Source: a virus
Taxonomy: Duplodnaviria; Caudoviricetes
Reading direction: 5' to 3' (one strand)
Length of the DNA: 33,120 nucleotides
Virus record (IMG/VR): IMGVR_UViG_3300032373_000075
Coordinates: 1-33,120 of that record
Shown one piece after another: positions 26,701 to 33,120 of the stretch. The notes beneath the pieces are model-generated. The model had not been told where the DNA came from and did not search any database. It saw nothing but the letters and a program-made list of their open reading frames with translations. The position numbers and the translations under genes are program-made. Numbering within the stretch: position 1 is the first letter of the stretch; each line of letters begins with the position of its first letter.

Positions 26701-28305
26701 CAAGCTGTGTTGAGTCATATGACTAAGTCGGATTGGGAAATGGTGCAATCAATTTGGGATCATATCGAACTGTTGTATCCGAAATTGTCAGAAGTTCACC
26801 GTCGTACTACTGGGTTAGTACCACCGAAAGTTGAATCAACACCTGTTGAAACTGAGCACGGGACATTCAAAGGTGGGTATTACCCTGTCAAGTATGATCC
26901 TAATCGTGACAATAAAGCGGCTGAAAATGAAGAACGACGTGATGCAGAAGTGTCGTCGATGTTTAGTAACAATGCAAGTATACAAGCGTCAGTTAACGCT
27001 GGTGCTACTAATGAGCGTACTGGGTACTATGCACCTATTCAGTTGAGTTTAAATGTTGTGACCAATCACATTCAAGAAACTATACACTATATTACACACC
27101 ATGATGCAGTCCGTGAAGCAAATCGTTTGATACGTGACCCTCGTGTCAAAAAAGCAGTGAGTGATAAATTAGGTCCTGAGGAATATGCTCAGTTAAAACC
27201 GTGGTTGAATGACATTGCTAAAGATGGCAGGAATGCACCTAACAAGTCGATAGTTGATGCTATTTTCAACAAGTTGCGACTTGGTACAACACTTGGTGTG
27301 ATGGGGTTCAAAGCTTCGACTGGCATCATTCAGATAAGCGGTTTGTCAAACTCTATTGCAGAAGTGGGACTCAAGCCTATGATGCAAGCTATGCGTACAG
27401 TGTTAGGCAGTGTCAGCACTATGAAAAGCGCATGGGAATTTGCCACTACTAATTCTAAAGTATTGTCACATCGAGTGAAAACAATGGATCGTGAGATCAA
27501 GAACGCAATGCAACAACTTGAAAATAAACGTGGACCACTTGCTGCAATACAGGAAATGTCAATGAAACATATTGCATTGATCCAGACTTACATGGTTGAT
27601 CTGCCAAGCTGGCATGCTTCTTATATTAAAGAAATGTCAGAGTCAGGTGATGAAACTAAAGCATTTCAGTATGCCGATTGGGTTATCGAAAACGTTCAGG
27701 GGTCAGGCGTTACAAAAGACATGGCTTCATTGATGCGTAACCAATCTAAAACACACACAATTTTCACCATGTTCATGACATTTTTCAGTTCGCTATGGAA
27801 TATGCAACGAGACTTGGTGAAAGGTGCTAGGTCAGGTCTTTACTCACGTACATCTGTTGCTGCTAAAATAGGTTTCCTTTTCACACTACCAGTAATATTT
27901 GAAATGATGATGCGCGGCGAATTTTCTAAAGAGGACGATGACGACGATGAAAGTATAACGCAAACAATTTTGACTAAAGTTGCAATGTACCCAATTCAAT
28001 CTGTCCCTTTTTTACGTGACGTAGCTAATGGGGTTATTGGTAAGTATAATTATAACGCTTCACCAGTTACGTCGGTCATCGAACAAGGATTACAAAGCAC
28101 TAAAGGTCTGTCGAGTGCGTTAGTCACTGACGATGAAATAACAAAGGGTCAAGCCAAAGGGGCGACCAAGCTAGCTGGTGTAGCGCTTGGTGTCCCTGGT
28201 ACTTCTCAGGCGTGGGCTACTGGAGAACATTTGTATGATGTTATAGTGGAAGGTGAAGAACTTACTATGCACCAACTCTTATTTGGTCCTAAGCGTAAAA
28301 AATGA
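20704..28305 (+). CDS. Large internal virion polyvalent protein (GNAT, two ADP-ribosyltransferase-like and zincin domains), 2533 aa
   Basis: GNAT motif 'QRSQGVGS...FYKQLGF'; ART-PolyVal-like 'VFHGT...YFT...GFDSII...IKSVDNQGTFDP'; 'STFLHEFAH...HEQFARGFE' zincin; last gene before the tailspike. Confidence 0.85.
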   Translation: MPLDLEKIDLGSFGLNEDEQQVQLNSNVTEAVKINPDQHAQITTLAKESGVPEFAVQSNPEQIKQKLKLDKIDLDGMINRSPATSKFLSGDANNSIIAQEDVITGLLESIEKTFDGLGESIVIGFEKQVTGSMLRSNEKSSNRRDEIIPWGTFPIFINQSEAQQISLDIAENFNVKTDEEYVALKSEASDNLIKHVQALEAKQKKLTPKDLTIIQEGVRSGIESLANMIPAVFAGIATKGRTLPMSIIGVQSYTRAYGESRAKGLSVDDADNFATIDATIEVATELLPTGTLQKMLTGKGGDLKKDAIKFLIQEMGTEQIATALQTVNSFAFDLDEQLKNAKTLDEVIEIQARRQAVTAIATIVAGGSQITVVSAANKAINKLTENEQKKETQGDVEQQSIDKLNADSEKSKLRERDVESFKQFINEADGENNSHVFIDGVQTSLYLQGKTREEIDNDPALKVLDNALQESQESGTDVSVDVADFAGDVAGTEHFTELREHMTMGEESISPFRQDQHKQETREYVNTLMSEAQENVSEYVEAQDIYTTVRDQLIDSGAVNAANASVMAQIVPAWATAQARSRGTTVAEVYQSAGLTIEGPQTGERTRLEGEQVLSQEPAQTVDQIESTLIEEFEDLKLSISGRNDNVTLNKIIIPEGQRSQGVGSQVMQRIMDWADQNGKTVALTPSKDFGGSVSRLKSFYKQLGFVDNKGSNKDFEISESMLREPVATVPQRGTIPITEETDEQITRRSEEANQRQVRQETIDKAKSRNDEEALVEFNRAKAGEQVTFTHRSFDDFANFDDTLLGTNTTTPSGNLGHYLSSDDIQNADRYGNEVSVHQFTFTNPLVISAETFEEVMGDLTTEEVTERREALMELGHDGVLVEGLNWAIAFEGSTLTKLQDDAGLLLAQKPVEAAEFKKWSGGGEVVEAENINDHKFKANTPVVVKVFHGTTFDFDVFDALRGNLEGQFGAINYFTSSEQDAADNYTGEGPDLTNRIEQQAERIVDDIQDVIDEKGVDAAKTQFDITEDEFSEDTTEIARNLARRTLAGGQDQTMELFVRVDNPFVIGENAEWVEFVDNDEIHSLAIDRVSEDQDITVEEVNENIDDYQDQIDEARWDIEQEQEHPLADAIQTVANRHDVDASSLASEVYDLGENATPETIEQLIRGNEEISYAEDAETGELINSQLITEIIEEMGFDSIILRDANSRFETMEMEPGTAHVHVFDSNKTNIKSVDNQGTFDPTDPNIFRQKPDTTEARGYYDPANSVIRLTESADLSTFLHEFAHFMYEMEATGNTDLNQSINSWYKRNSEEVAKEAGTYAPNTTIIQKHVNSFLDEGTAGDKERDVAIRRAVHEQFARGFESYLMEGKAPSIELRNAFRTFARWLSQIYQALRGKLRVNLDNEMREVFDKLLATEEQIAAAESRARVEPMFTDAAMAGMTEKEFADYQQRQSKVKDVQSETLRDQLVKQITRQTKQQWKDEKADIVDEELDKLANEPVYVASTRLKDGDIKLDHATVKEMMGEERTNKLGRTSTHVPSALRGMTATGQKGVHPDEAAAFFGYNSGSEMLNELVTSPKIKDVAETNAERRMIERHGDILTDGTIEQLADEAVQNEERGRLILHELKMVSRNTNQKVLDRQTVKSLAEERISQLSFRAIHPGKYRKAEISAAQESAKMLAEGNREGSAQAKARQALNYYLGMAATNAKNETTKIVDRMSRYNKKKVREEIQKAEGGYWNQITKILERFDFRKSATLTAVDQVNQDINTWAKERMELDGDGLVLHTAVLNESYITHWKNVAFSDLQGINDSVKNIEHVARYANKLTRMGEEIEFNKLVSNLVNVAEETGTGRFKRKASTADAVSWAEQKGRWAMAQMTKIPFMMSWMDGGKRVGTWFNTFSQPMTDAYNDELKLYGEIGVPVAKMITGRTKEQIKRHNTTFFIPEIKDTADGTHSGNLKGHEIVAIALNTGNKSNLRKLLLGEQWANPDNDVEIDLQNSKLQAVLSHMTKSDWEMVQSIWDHIELLYPKLSEVHRRTTGLVPPKVESTPVETEHGTFKGGYYPVKYDPNRDNKAAENEERRDAEVSSMFSNNASIQASVNAGATNERTGYYAPIQLSLNVVTNHIQETIHYITHHDAVREANRLIRDPRVKKAVSDKLGPEEYAQLKPWLNDIAKDGRNAPNKSIVDAIFNKLRLGTTLGVMGFKASTGIIQISGLSNSIAEVGLKPMMQAMRTVLGSVSTMKSAWEFATTNSKVLSHRVKTMDREIKNAMQQLENKRGPLAAIQEMSMKHIALIQTYMVDLPSWHASYIKEMSESGDETKAFQYADWVIENVQGSGVTKDMASLMRNQSKTHTIFTMFMTFFSSLWNMQRDLVKGARSGLYSRTSVAAKIGFLFTLPVIFEMMMRGEFSKEDDDDDESITQTILTKVAMYPIQSVPFLRDVANGVIGKYNYNASPVTSVIEQGLQSTKGLSSALVTDDEITKGQAKGATKLAGVALGVPGTSQAWATGEHLYDVIVEGEELTMHQLLFGPKRKK

Positions 28306-28338
28306 TAAACTTAAGTCAACAATATTCGGAGCATCACC

Positions 28339-31230
28339 ATGACAGTTAATACTACTAAAATTACATCTGGCCCTTATGTTGGTAATGGTATTGCTTCTAC
28401 TTTTAGTTACACTTTCAAAATAGACGACAAAACACAACTGAGTGTGTATGAAACTAATGACCTTGGGGTTCAAACCACACTGGTAGTTGATACTGACTAC
28501 ACTGTTGCAAATATAGGTAACGACGGAGGGGGTATCATCACTCGTGTTGCAGGTGTTTTACCTACTAACTATGAGTGGTTCATTCGATCAAATTATCAAG
28601 AAACACAGCTAACAGCTTTCTCGTCACAAGGTGCTTTTTTCCCTGACTTGCATGAAAACGCAATGGATAAAATGACGTTTTTAATTCAACAAATTCTTGA
28701 TACTGGTAGTCGTTCGGTTAGGATCGGTGAGACAGAAATACCTATTATATCAACAGAGTTGGCATTACCTGGTGTTCGCGGTGGTAAAATATTAGGTTTT
28801 GCAGCAGACGGGTCACTCGAATATGTTTCGGCGGCTATAGCAGCAGGTGATTTCACTAATGTAACTACAACAGCCGTTATGGCTGCATTGACTGGTGTAG
28901 TAGTAGGTACAAGCGTAGCTCAGACTAAAGAATTCTCGACAGGGATTGGAGGCGGTGGGACTTATGACGCGGTAACAGTTGGGACTACCGCAAACGTAGA
29001 CCTACCAAACACCCATAACATTATCGTAAGCACAGCAGACGCAACTATTTGTTGGGTGTTACGGTTATATTCTCCTATGTCAATGAGAGTTTTTGGCGGT
29101 ACAGATGCCGCTTTACAGGCAATGGATGGGTTGGTAAAAAGAGTCTGGTTAGATATAGATTTCACAGTTAACACCCCACTTGTATTTAACAACCCCATAG
29201 CATTGTCTATGATTGCAGGATTCACAATAACCCCAGCATTAGGGTTAACTGGTGGGAATTGTATATCATCACCAACTGATGATTTTATCATGGAACATAC
29301 TAAATGGAATGGGGCAGGTCAAACCTTCTCACCGGCAACAGGTAACACTAGAATAATTCTCGCTGGTGACAGTGACTTTGTATCCGGTTCACACGATGGC
29401 TCTGACGATGCCACTGTACTTTCGGATTCAACAAAATCTTGGACGATAAACGAATATATTGGATATACTGCAATTAATATGACAGACGGGTCAAGAGGTA
29501 TTATTACAGCTAACACGGCAACTACAGCAACCGCTGTATTAGAGCATGGTGAAGAGAACGCTTGGGATGCAACGGACGAATATAGAATCAAGAAAAGATA
29601 TCGTAATCACAAATATAATCGAAATACAATACTAAATGCTAGCTTTACAGATGGTAACTTAGGTAACGGTCCACCTAAAAACCTGAAGGTTACACACGCT
29701 TTCTATATTGATGGTGTTGACGATGTTGAAGCTAACTTTAACAAAGTTGATGCTATATCAGGAGCGTGTTTCTTCCTTAAAGATGTCACTAATATACATG
29801 GTGTCGGTAATCATTTTGAGGCGTTCAGATGGTACGCTGTTCAAATGGATCATTCGGTTTCTAACTTCTCATTCAATCATGGTACGTTTTTATCCACCAC
29901 ACCAGAGGGGTGTTATTGGGGTGGTGCGGTTAATACAGTGTCAGACTTCGACTTACCTTCATCTACTATGGTTAAAGACGGTACGTTTAACTACAATCAT
30001 TTTGAAGGAAATTATTCATACGGTGCTGTGGCTAGATTCCAAAGCTCTAGTAATATAGAATTCGCTCACAATACCGGCAAGAATTTTAGTGTTGGAACCG
30101 CTGATTCAGCAGGGGACTTCACTGGGATTAGAGCGATAACTAGAGGGATAAGCACTACTGATAAGCAAGATCCTTGTAGGGATTTAAAAATCCACCACAA
30201 TGAATTCGAGGGTCCATCGGGAGTTACAGGTAAGAGACACTTTATTTATGTTGATAATAATTATTGGTTACAAGTCACATCTGGAACTCAAACGATTACT
30301 GTGGATGCAGCAGCAGGTACATTTACTCGCTCCGCTGGTAGTTTTTTAACTGACGGGTTTGAGGAAGGAAAGAAATTTGCGCCTACAGGGTATGTAAATG
30401 CAGGAAATGAGAAAGAAAGAACTGCATCCGATGTATCTGCCTTAGTTATAACGACCACGGAGCTTACAGGTTTAGTCAATGAAGCTGGTGATGCTGATGA
30501 AGTTATAACACAAGATAACCCTTCCACAGGGATTGAGGTGTATAGCAATAAAGGATTCTCTCCAAGTTCTACAAAATATTGGGAAGATGGGGTGATATTC
30601 CACGGTCAAAACGGTGGAGTAAGACACATTAGAAATGAGGATAACTACTGCGAAGTTCGTTCGGCAAGTGGTCCTGCTGTTAATGGTGCAATAGGTTACA
30701 CTTCGACTTCTGCTGCGGGTGCGGTCAAGCACATAAAGGAAGGTGGTAATCACATTGTAGAAATGGGAACAGGTACGTCTTCATACCATCTTGGTATCGG
30801 CTACGATGCTTATACAGACAACGTCATTCAGACTAAACCTAACACTATCGATGGTTTCTGGTATGGAGTTAGAACTTTAACTAACTGCGGTGCAAATTTA
30901 GATAAGATTGATGATAATGAATATCTAAATATCGTAACAGCTAACGAATTGTTTGCTGTTAAGCCTAGTCGATACGGTCGTTATTTAACTGGAAGTAAGA
31001 CTTATGACCCACCTAGTATTGCAGCAGGAGCACAAACAACGACTGACGTTACAGTGACAGGCGCTGTATTAACTGGGTTCGCCAGGGCTTCATTTAGTCT
31101 TGATCAAGGTAACTTACATATAAACGCTTACGTGAGAACTGCTAACAGTGTGAGGGTTACTTTTGTAAACAATACTGGTGGTGCAATAGATCTTGCCAGT
31201 GGTACTTTAAATGTTAGAGTTGACCAATAA
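28339..31230 (+). CDS. Tail fibre/tailspike with pectin-lyase-like beta-helix
   Basis: N-terminal anchor 'YVGNG...FSYTFKI...HENAMDKMT..IQQ'; Asn/Gly-rich beta-helix body; C-terminal 'GSKTYDPPSIAAG...IDLASGTL' domain. Confidence 0.9.
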   Translation: MTVNTTKITSGPYVGNGIASTFSYTFKIDDKTQLSVYETNDLGVQTTLVVDTDYTVANIGNDGGGIITRVAGVLPTNYEWFIRSNYQETQLTAFSSQGAFFPDLHENAMDKMTFLIQQILDTGSRSVRIGETEIPIISTELALPGVRGGKILGFAADGSLEYVSAAIAAGDFTNVTTTAVMAALTGVVVGTSVAQTKEFSTGIGGGGTYDAVTVGTTANVDLPNTHNIIVSTADATICWVLRLYSPMSMRVFGGTDAALQAMDGLVKRVWLDIDFTVNTPLVFNNPIALSMIAGFTITPALGLTGGNCISSPTDDFIMEHTKWNGAGQTFSPATGNTRIILAGDSDFVSGSHDGSDDATVLSDSTKSWTINEYIGYTAINMTDGSRGIITANTATTATAVLEHGEENAWDATDEYRIKKRYRNHKYNRNTILNASFTDGNLGNGPPKNLKVTHAFYIDGVDDVEANFNKVDAISGACFFLKDVTNIHGVGNHFEAFRWYAVQMDHSVSNFSFNHGTFLSTTPEGCYWGGAVNTVSDFDLPSSTMVKDGTFNYNHFEGNYSYGAVARFQSSSNIEFAHNTGKNFSVGTADSAGDFTGIRAITRGISTTDKQDPCRDLKIHHNEFEGPSGVTGKRHFIYVDNNYWLQVTSGTQTITVDAAAGTFTRSAGSFLTDGFEEGKKFAPTGYVNAGNEKERTASDVSALVITTTELTGLVNEAGDADEVITQDNPSTGIEVYSNKGFSPSSTKYWEDGVIFHGQNGGVRHIRNEDNYCEVRSASGPAVNGAIGYTSTSAAGAVKHIKEGGNHIVEMGTGTSSYHLGIGYDAYTDNVIQTKPNTIDGFWYGVRTLTNCGANLDKIDDNEYLNIVTANELFAVKPSRYGRYLTGSKTYDPPSIAAGAQTTTDVTVTGAVLTGFARASFSLDQGNLHINAYVRTANSVRVTFVNNTGGAIDLASGTLNVRVDQ

Positions 31231-31257
31231 CGGTTCATTAATTAAAGAGGTGTAGTT

Positions 31258-31692
31258 ATGTCATTCGACCCAGTAAGTGCATTGTTCGATCTTGGTAAAG
31301 GAGTCATTGAAAAGATATGGCCCGACCCAACTAAGCGGTCTCAAGAAATGAGATTACTTGAAGAGTTAAAACAGAAAGGTGACCTCGCACAATTACAAGC
31401 ACACGTCACACTTCTTCAAGGTCAAATGTCTATTAATGCCACGGAAGCTAAGCACAAGAGTGTATTCGTTGCAGGGTGGCGACCTTTCGTAGGTTGGGTT
31501 GGTGGGTTCTCTTTGGCTTATGTGTCACTATTTGAGCCGTTAATGAGATTCATTGCAACAATGGTAGGGTATGAAGGTGAGTTCCCAATCATTGACACCA
31601 GTTTAAACATGCAGGTTCTAATGGGGATGTTAGGGATTGCAGGGATGAGAAGTTTTGACAAGCTTAAAAAAACACAAACTGATAAAATATAA
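31258..31692 (+). CDS. Holin of the 3TM (GTA-holin-like) family
   Basis: 'IEKIWPDP', 'EAKHKSVFVAGWRPFVGWV', 'MLGIAGMRSFDK'. Confidence 0.88.
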   Translation: MSFDPVSALFDLGKGVIEKIWPDPTKRSQEMRLLEELKQKGDLAQLQAHVTLLQGQMSINATEAKHKSVFVAGWRPFVGWVGGFSLAYVSLFEPLMRFIATMVGYEGEFPIIDTSLNMQVLMGMLGIAGMRSFDKLKKTQTDKI

Positions 31693-31708
31693 ACGTGGGG
31701 TAAATGTC

Positions 31709-31831
31709 ATGGTAGGTGGAGACGGTAAAACTAGACCAAAGTCTAACGACACTAAAAAAGAAGTCACACCGCAGGCAGGTGGTGACGGTAAAACTAGACC
31801 AAAGACTAAAAAGGATGATAAAAAATGCTGA
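31709..31831 (+). CDS. 40-aa peptide with a duplicated GGDGKTRPK motif (MVGGDGKTRPKSNDTKKEVTPQAGGDGKTRPKTKKDDKKC)
   Basis: RBS GGGGT (31697-31701) 7 nt before ATG; stop overlaps the start of the next gene; the only mismatch in the 27-bp repeat is synonymous in this frame. Not in the ORF track. Confidence 0.75.
   Translation: MVGGDGKTRPKSNDTKKEVTPQAGGDGKTRPKTKKDDKKC
31715..31804 (+). repeat. 27-bp direct repeat pair, 63-bp period
   Basis: GGTGGAGACGGTAAAACTAGACCAAAG (31715-31741) and GGTGGTGACGGTAAAACTAGACCAAAG (31778-31804), 26/27 identical. Confidence 0.95.
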
Positions 31832-32307
31832 ATTTTTTGTTTTGTCTTTTGATCCTACTGTCCGTGCTTTTTTGCGAACGAAGGTCAGACCGCATTGCAA
31901 TATGTGTATTTAGCCTTGGTGGGCTGACGTTTTCATCCATTGGTGATAAGTTGGATAACGGTACTGTTTACCATGCTTTGGCTTATTGTTTTGATTTACT
32001 TATAATATTTACATTGTCAAAGTTGTCAAATGTTAGTAGTGTAGTCACAGGTATTCAAAAAATATGCTTACATTTTATTTATGTTAATTTTGTCGGATGG
32101 GTTGCGTATATGCTGTATTTCCCTCCGACAATATACAATTGGGCTTGTTCAATATTATACGTGTGGGCATTATTTATTATTTTAGCTAGGAGAAATACCA
32201 ATGCTGATCGAAATAATGCAATGGATCGCCGGTATTTTAGCTTTCATAGCCGCGATATTACCGGCGGTATCGCTATACAAACGAACAAAAAAGAGGCAAG
32301 AAATTGA
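31825..32307 (+). CDS. Multi-pass (about 5 TM) membrane protein of unknown function
   Basis: RBS AAGGA; five hydrophobic segments in the first ~120 aa including 'NFVGWVAYMLYFPPTIYN'; polar tail overlapping a second ORF. Confidence 0.8.
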   Translation: MLNFLFCLLILLSVLFCERRSDRIAICVFSLGGLTFSSIGDKLDNGTVYHALAYCFDLLIIFTLSKLSNVSSVVTGIQKICLHFIYVNFVGWVAYMLYFPPTIYNWACSILYVWALFIILARRNTNADRNNAMDRRYFSFHSRDITGGIAIQTNKKEARN

Positions 32308-32413
32308 GAAACTTAATTGCACAACTATCGAACAGCGCGGAACAAATACCGACAGTTGCAAAAGCTGTAGTAGCAGCCTCGACAGTAGGGACAGGGACAG
32401 CGACAGCAATTGA
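32201..32413 (+). CDS. Overlapping single-TM protein (holin/antiholin-like), 70 aa
   Basis: RBS AGGAG (32188-32192); N-terminal TM 'WIAGILAFIAAILPAVSLY' followed by basic KRTKKR; fully overlapped by its two neighbours. Confidence 0.5.
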   Translation: MLIEIMQWIAGILAFIAAILPAVSLYKRTKKRQEIEKLNCTTIEQRGTNTDSCKSCSSSLDSRDRDSDSN

Positions 32414-32567
32414 GTGGATACCAGTCGTCGGTGGGATTGTAGCAACCTCGGCTGGTATCATGCTGTCTAGTGTATTAATTTACACAACTCTAAAACAACA
32501 CAAATTAAAACTAGAAATTTTACACCAAGAACTTGCTAATAAGAAAAATCGACGCAAAGACGATTAG
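32304..32567 (+). CDS. Small holin-like membrane protein (87 aa)
   Basis: RBS AAGAGG, TTG start overlapping the upstream stop; 1-2 hydrophobic segments and a highly charged C-terminus. Confidence 0.65.
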   Translation: MRNLIAQLSNSAEQIPTVAKAVVAASTVGTGTATAIEWIPVVGGIVATSAGIMLSSVLIYTTLKQHKLKLEILHQELANKKNRRKDD

Positions 32568-32887
32568 TTGCGCTGAACATGTGACTCAAGTATCAAACCT
32601 AAGTGATGTATTAAACTGTTAACTTTCTGACCGAACCCTGGTGGGAAATAAGAACCATTAGGATCAAAAGTTTCTTTCATGTCTGAAACAATTAACTCGA
32701 CACTAACTCCACTGTTCAACTGTCTTGAATAAGATGTCATTAATGCAGTCACCCATTGGAAGTTGTCCATTTCTTTTGAGTTAACAAACATGGCAGTAAC
32801 ACACTCTTCTTTATCAACAATGGTGAAATATATTGCATGGTCGGAAGTTAGTTGTTTCAATTTATATGTCACGTTGTTTAAGATCAT
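32564..32887 (-). CDS. Stand-alone TSCPD-like (NrdJ C-terminal-like) domain protein
   Basis: 'TYKLK...AIYFTI', 'FVNSKEMDNFQWVTAL...SR', 'FDPNGSYF', 'SLIHHLG' resemble the small subunit of split class II ribonucleotide reductases. Confidence 0.7.
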   Translation of the reverse strand: MILNNVTYKLKQLTSDHAIYFTIVDKEECVTAMFVNSKEMDNFQWVTALMTSYSRQLNSGVSVELIVSDMKETFDPNGSYFPPGFGQKVNSLIHHLGLILESHVQRN

Positions 32888-33120
32888 TAGAAAAAATTCA
32901 CCGTTAAATCATTAGTTGTAACACCATCACGGTATCGTTGAAGTGCTGCTTTTAATCCTTCTTGATCGTCAGTTTTCCTTTCGAGTGCGTCTGCTACTGC
33001 AAGATCCACGGTGTCATTACATAGTATTCTGATGATTGACACAGGGTGTGTTTGCCCTTGGCGATTTAATCGACCACACATTTGCTCGTACAATTCCAGT
33101 GACCAGTTCAAACCAAACCA
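32887..33120 (-). CDS. SNF2-type (SF2) helicase, C-terminal end; 5'-truncated
   Basis: 'WFGLNWSLELYEQMCGRLNRQGQ' (motif VI) and 'TVD'; frame open to the window edge. Confidence 0.9.
   Translation of the reverse strand, partial: WFGLNWSLELYEQMCGRLNRQGQTHPVSIIRILCNDTVDLAVADALERKTDDQEGLKAALQRYRDGVTTNDLTVNFF

Noticed and set aside
31716-31913. Listed 65-aa ORF METVKLDQ...
   Set aside because: The repeat mismatch is non-synonymous in this frame (E/V), the RBS is poor and it overlaps the membrane gene extensively; 31709-31831 fits better.
28339-33120. BPP-1-type diversity-generating retroelement
   Set aside because: Despite BPP-1-like structural genes, no reverse transcriptase and no TR/VR pair with adenine-specific mismatches were seen.
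1-33120. Genome-wide stop-codon reassignment
   Set aside because: Core genes are full length in the standard code and TAG, TGA and TAA all serve as real stops.

Overview
A 33-kb segment of a tailed dsDNA phage (podovirus-type), truncated at both ends. Left to right: the 3' part of a D5-like primase-helicase; a roughly 5-kb accessory block of small, translationally coupled genes (GG(E/Y/I)F(H/R) repeat protein, PAPS-reductase-family protein, Ala-rich protein fused in frame to an M15 peptidase endolysin); a 310-bp array of ATGACAC direct and inverted repeats beside a degenerate HNH/AP2-like gene; small and large terminase; an epsilon15/BPP-1-like morphogenesis operon (portal, scaffold, capsid, two capsid accessory proteins, tail adaptor and nozzle, internal virion proteins including a 2533-aa polyvalent protein, tailspike); a membrane-protein/holin cluster; and, on the minus strand, a TSCPD-like protein and the end of an SNF2-type helicase. 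The most intriguing element is missing from the ORF track: a 40-aa peptide carrying two copies of GGDGKTRPK, coupled to a multi-pass membrane protein and embedded among holin-like genes, a candidate peptide/receptor module controlling lysis. Other oddities: direct-repeat-bounded gene cassettes, a CCA-ended structured RNA and a +1 frameshift at a T9 tract. All family assignments come from motif recognition by eye; no searches were run.
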